Origin: Rhizodiscina lignyota
Lineage: Eukaryota
Direction of reading: 5' to 3'
Assembly (NCBI GenBank): GCA_010015805.1
Contig: ML978123.1
Span: 2,790,001 to 2,854,000, forward strand
Length of the DNA: 64,000 bases
Part shown: positions 63,642 to 64,000 of the stretch, one piece after another
Position numbering within the stretch: the first letter of the stretch is position 1
How the letters are laid out: each line of letters opens with the position of its first letter
Position numbers and translations under genes: made by a program
The notes under the pieces: generated by a model
What the model saw: the letters and a program-made list of their open reading frames with translations, nothing else
Database searches by the model: none
What the model was told of the DNA's origin: nothing

Positions 63642-64000
63642 TTCCAGGAGGTCCCACATCTCGACACGCTTGGAGTCTAGCGCGAACGATATTTTCTTAG
63701 GTATGCCTCACGGTGCCATCGTAGGTAGGACACCCTTCAACCCTCGTCGATGTTCGCTACTACTAAGAGACGCGTTCGAACCCCACATGCAATGTGCAGG
63801 CATACTGCTGTAAAATTGATTTTCCGTAGGTACGTGTTTGGCTCTGCGTGACAACTGGCTTGAGATCGATAGCAGCACATCTAACAAGATGCTCGAAGAT
63901 GCAACATTCGAATTGTATTGATCCATATATATCTCTTTCAAATGTCGTCCTGGAACTCAAGCTATCAATCATAGTCGTGGTTTCTTTCTCAGTAAGCCGG

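Overview
Fungal nuclear DNA, most likely a filamentous ascomycete (Pezizomycotina), judged from short GT-AG introns with CTRAC branch points and the gene families present. Left part (1-38 kb), mostly conserved genes: a 5'-truncated group X hybrid histidine kinase, a Zn2Cys6 transcription factor, two small hypothetical genes, ALG1, an MSC2-type CDF zinc transporter, cytosolic TyrRS, a GH79 hydrolase, a HotDog thioesterase, a PAS-PAS hybrid histidine kinase, an EBP sterol isomerase and hymA/MO25. Middle (about 38.4-49.8 kb), an accessory island: a tandem pile of MITE-like elements, an orphan basic NLS-rich gene with a 154-nt strand-biased hairpin just 3' of it, a RIP-like relic, and a 4-exon gene predicted to encode a GIY-YIG nuclease with a complete motif set fused to a C-terminal Zn2Cys6-like cluster. 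That gene is bracketed by ~133-bp direct repeats and carries MITE copies in intron 1 and just after its stop. Right part: MFS transporter, S28 peptidase, type-B carboxylesterase, an FAD-linked oxidoreductase lacking the usual flavinylation His, and a JlbA/IDI-4-like bZIP gene that appears to start at CUG. All gene models and alignments were made by eye; no database searches were run.
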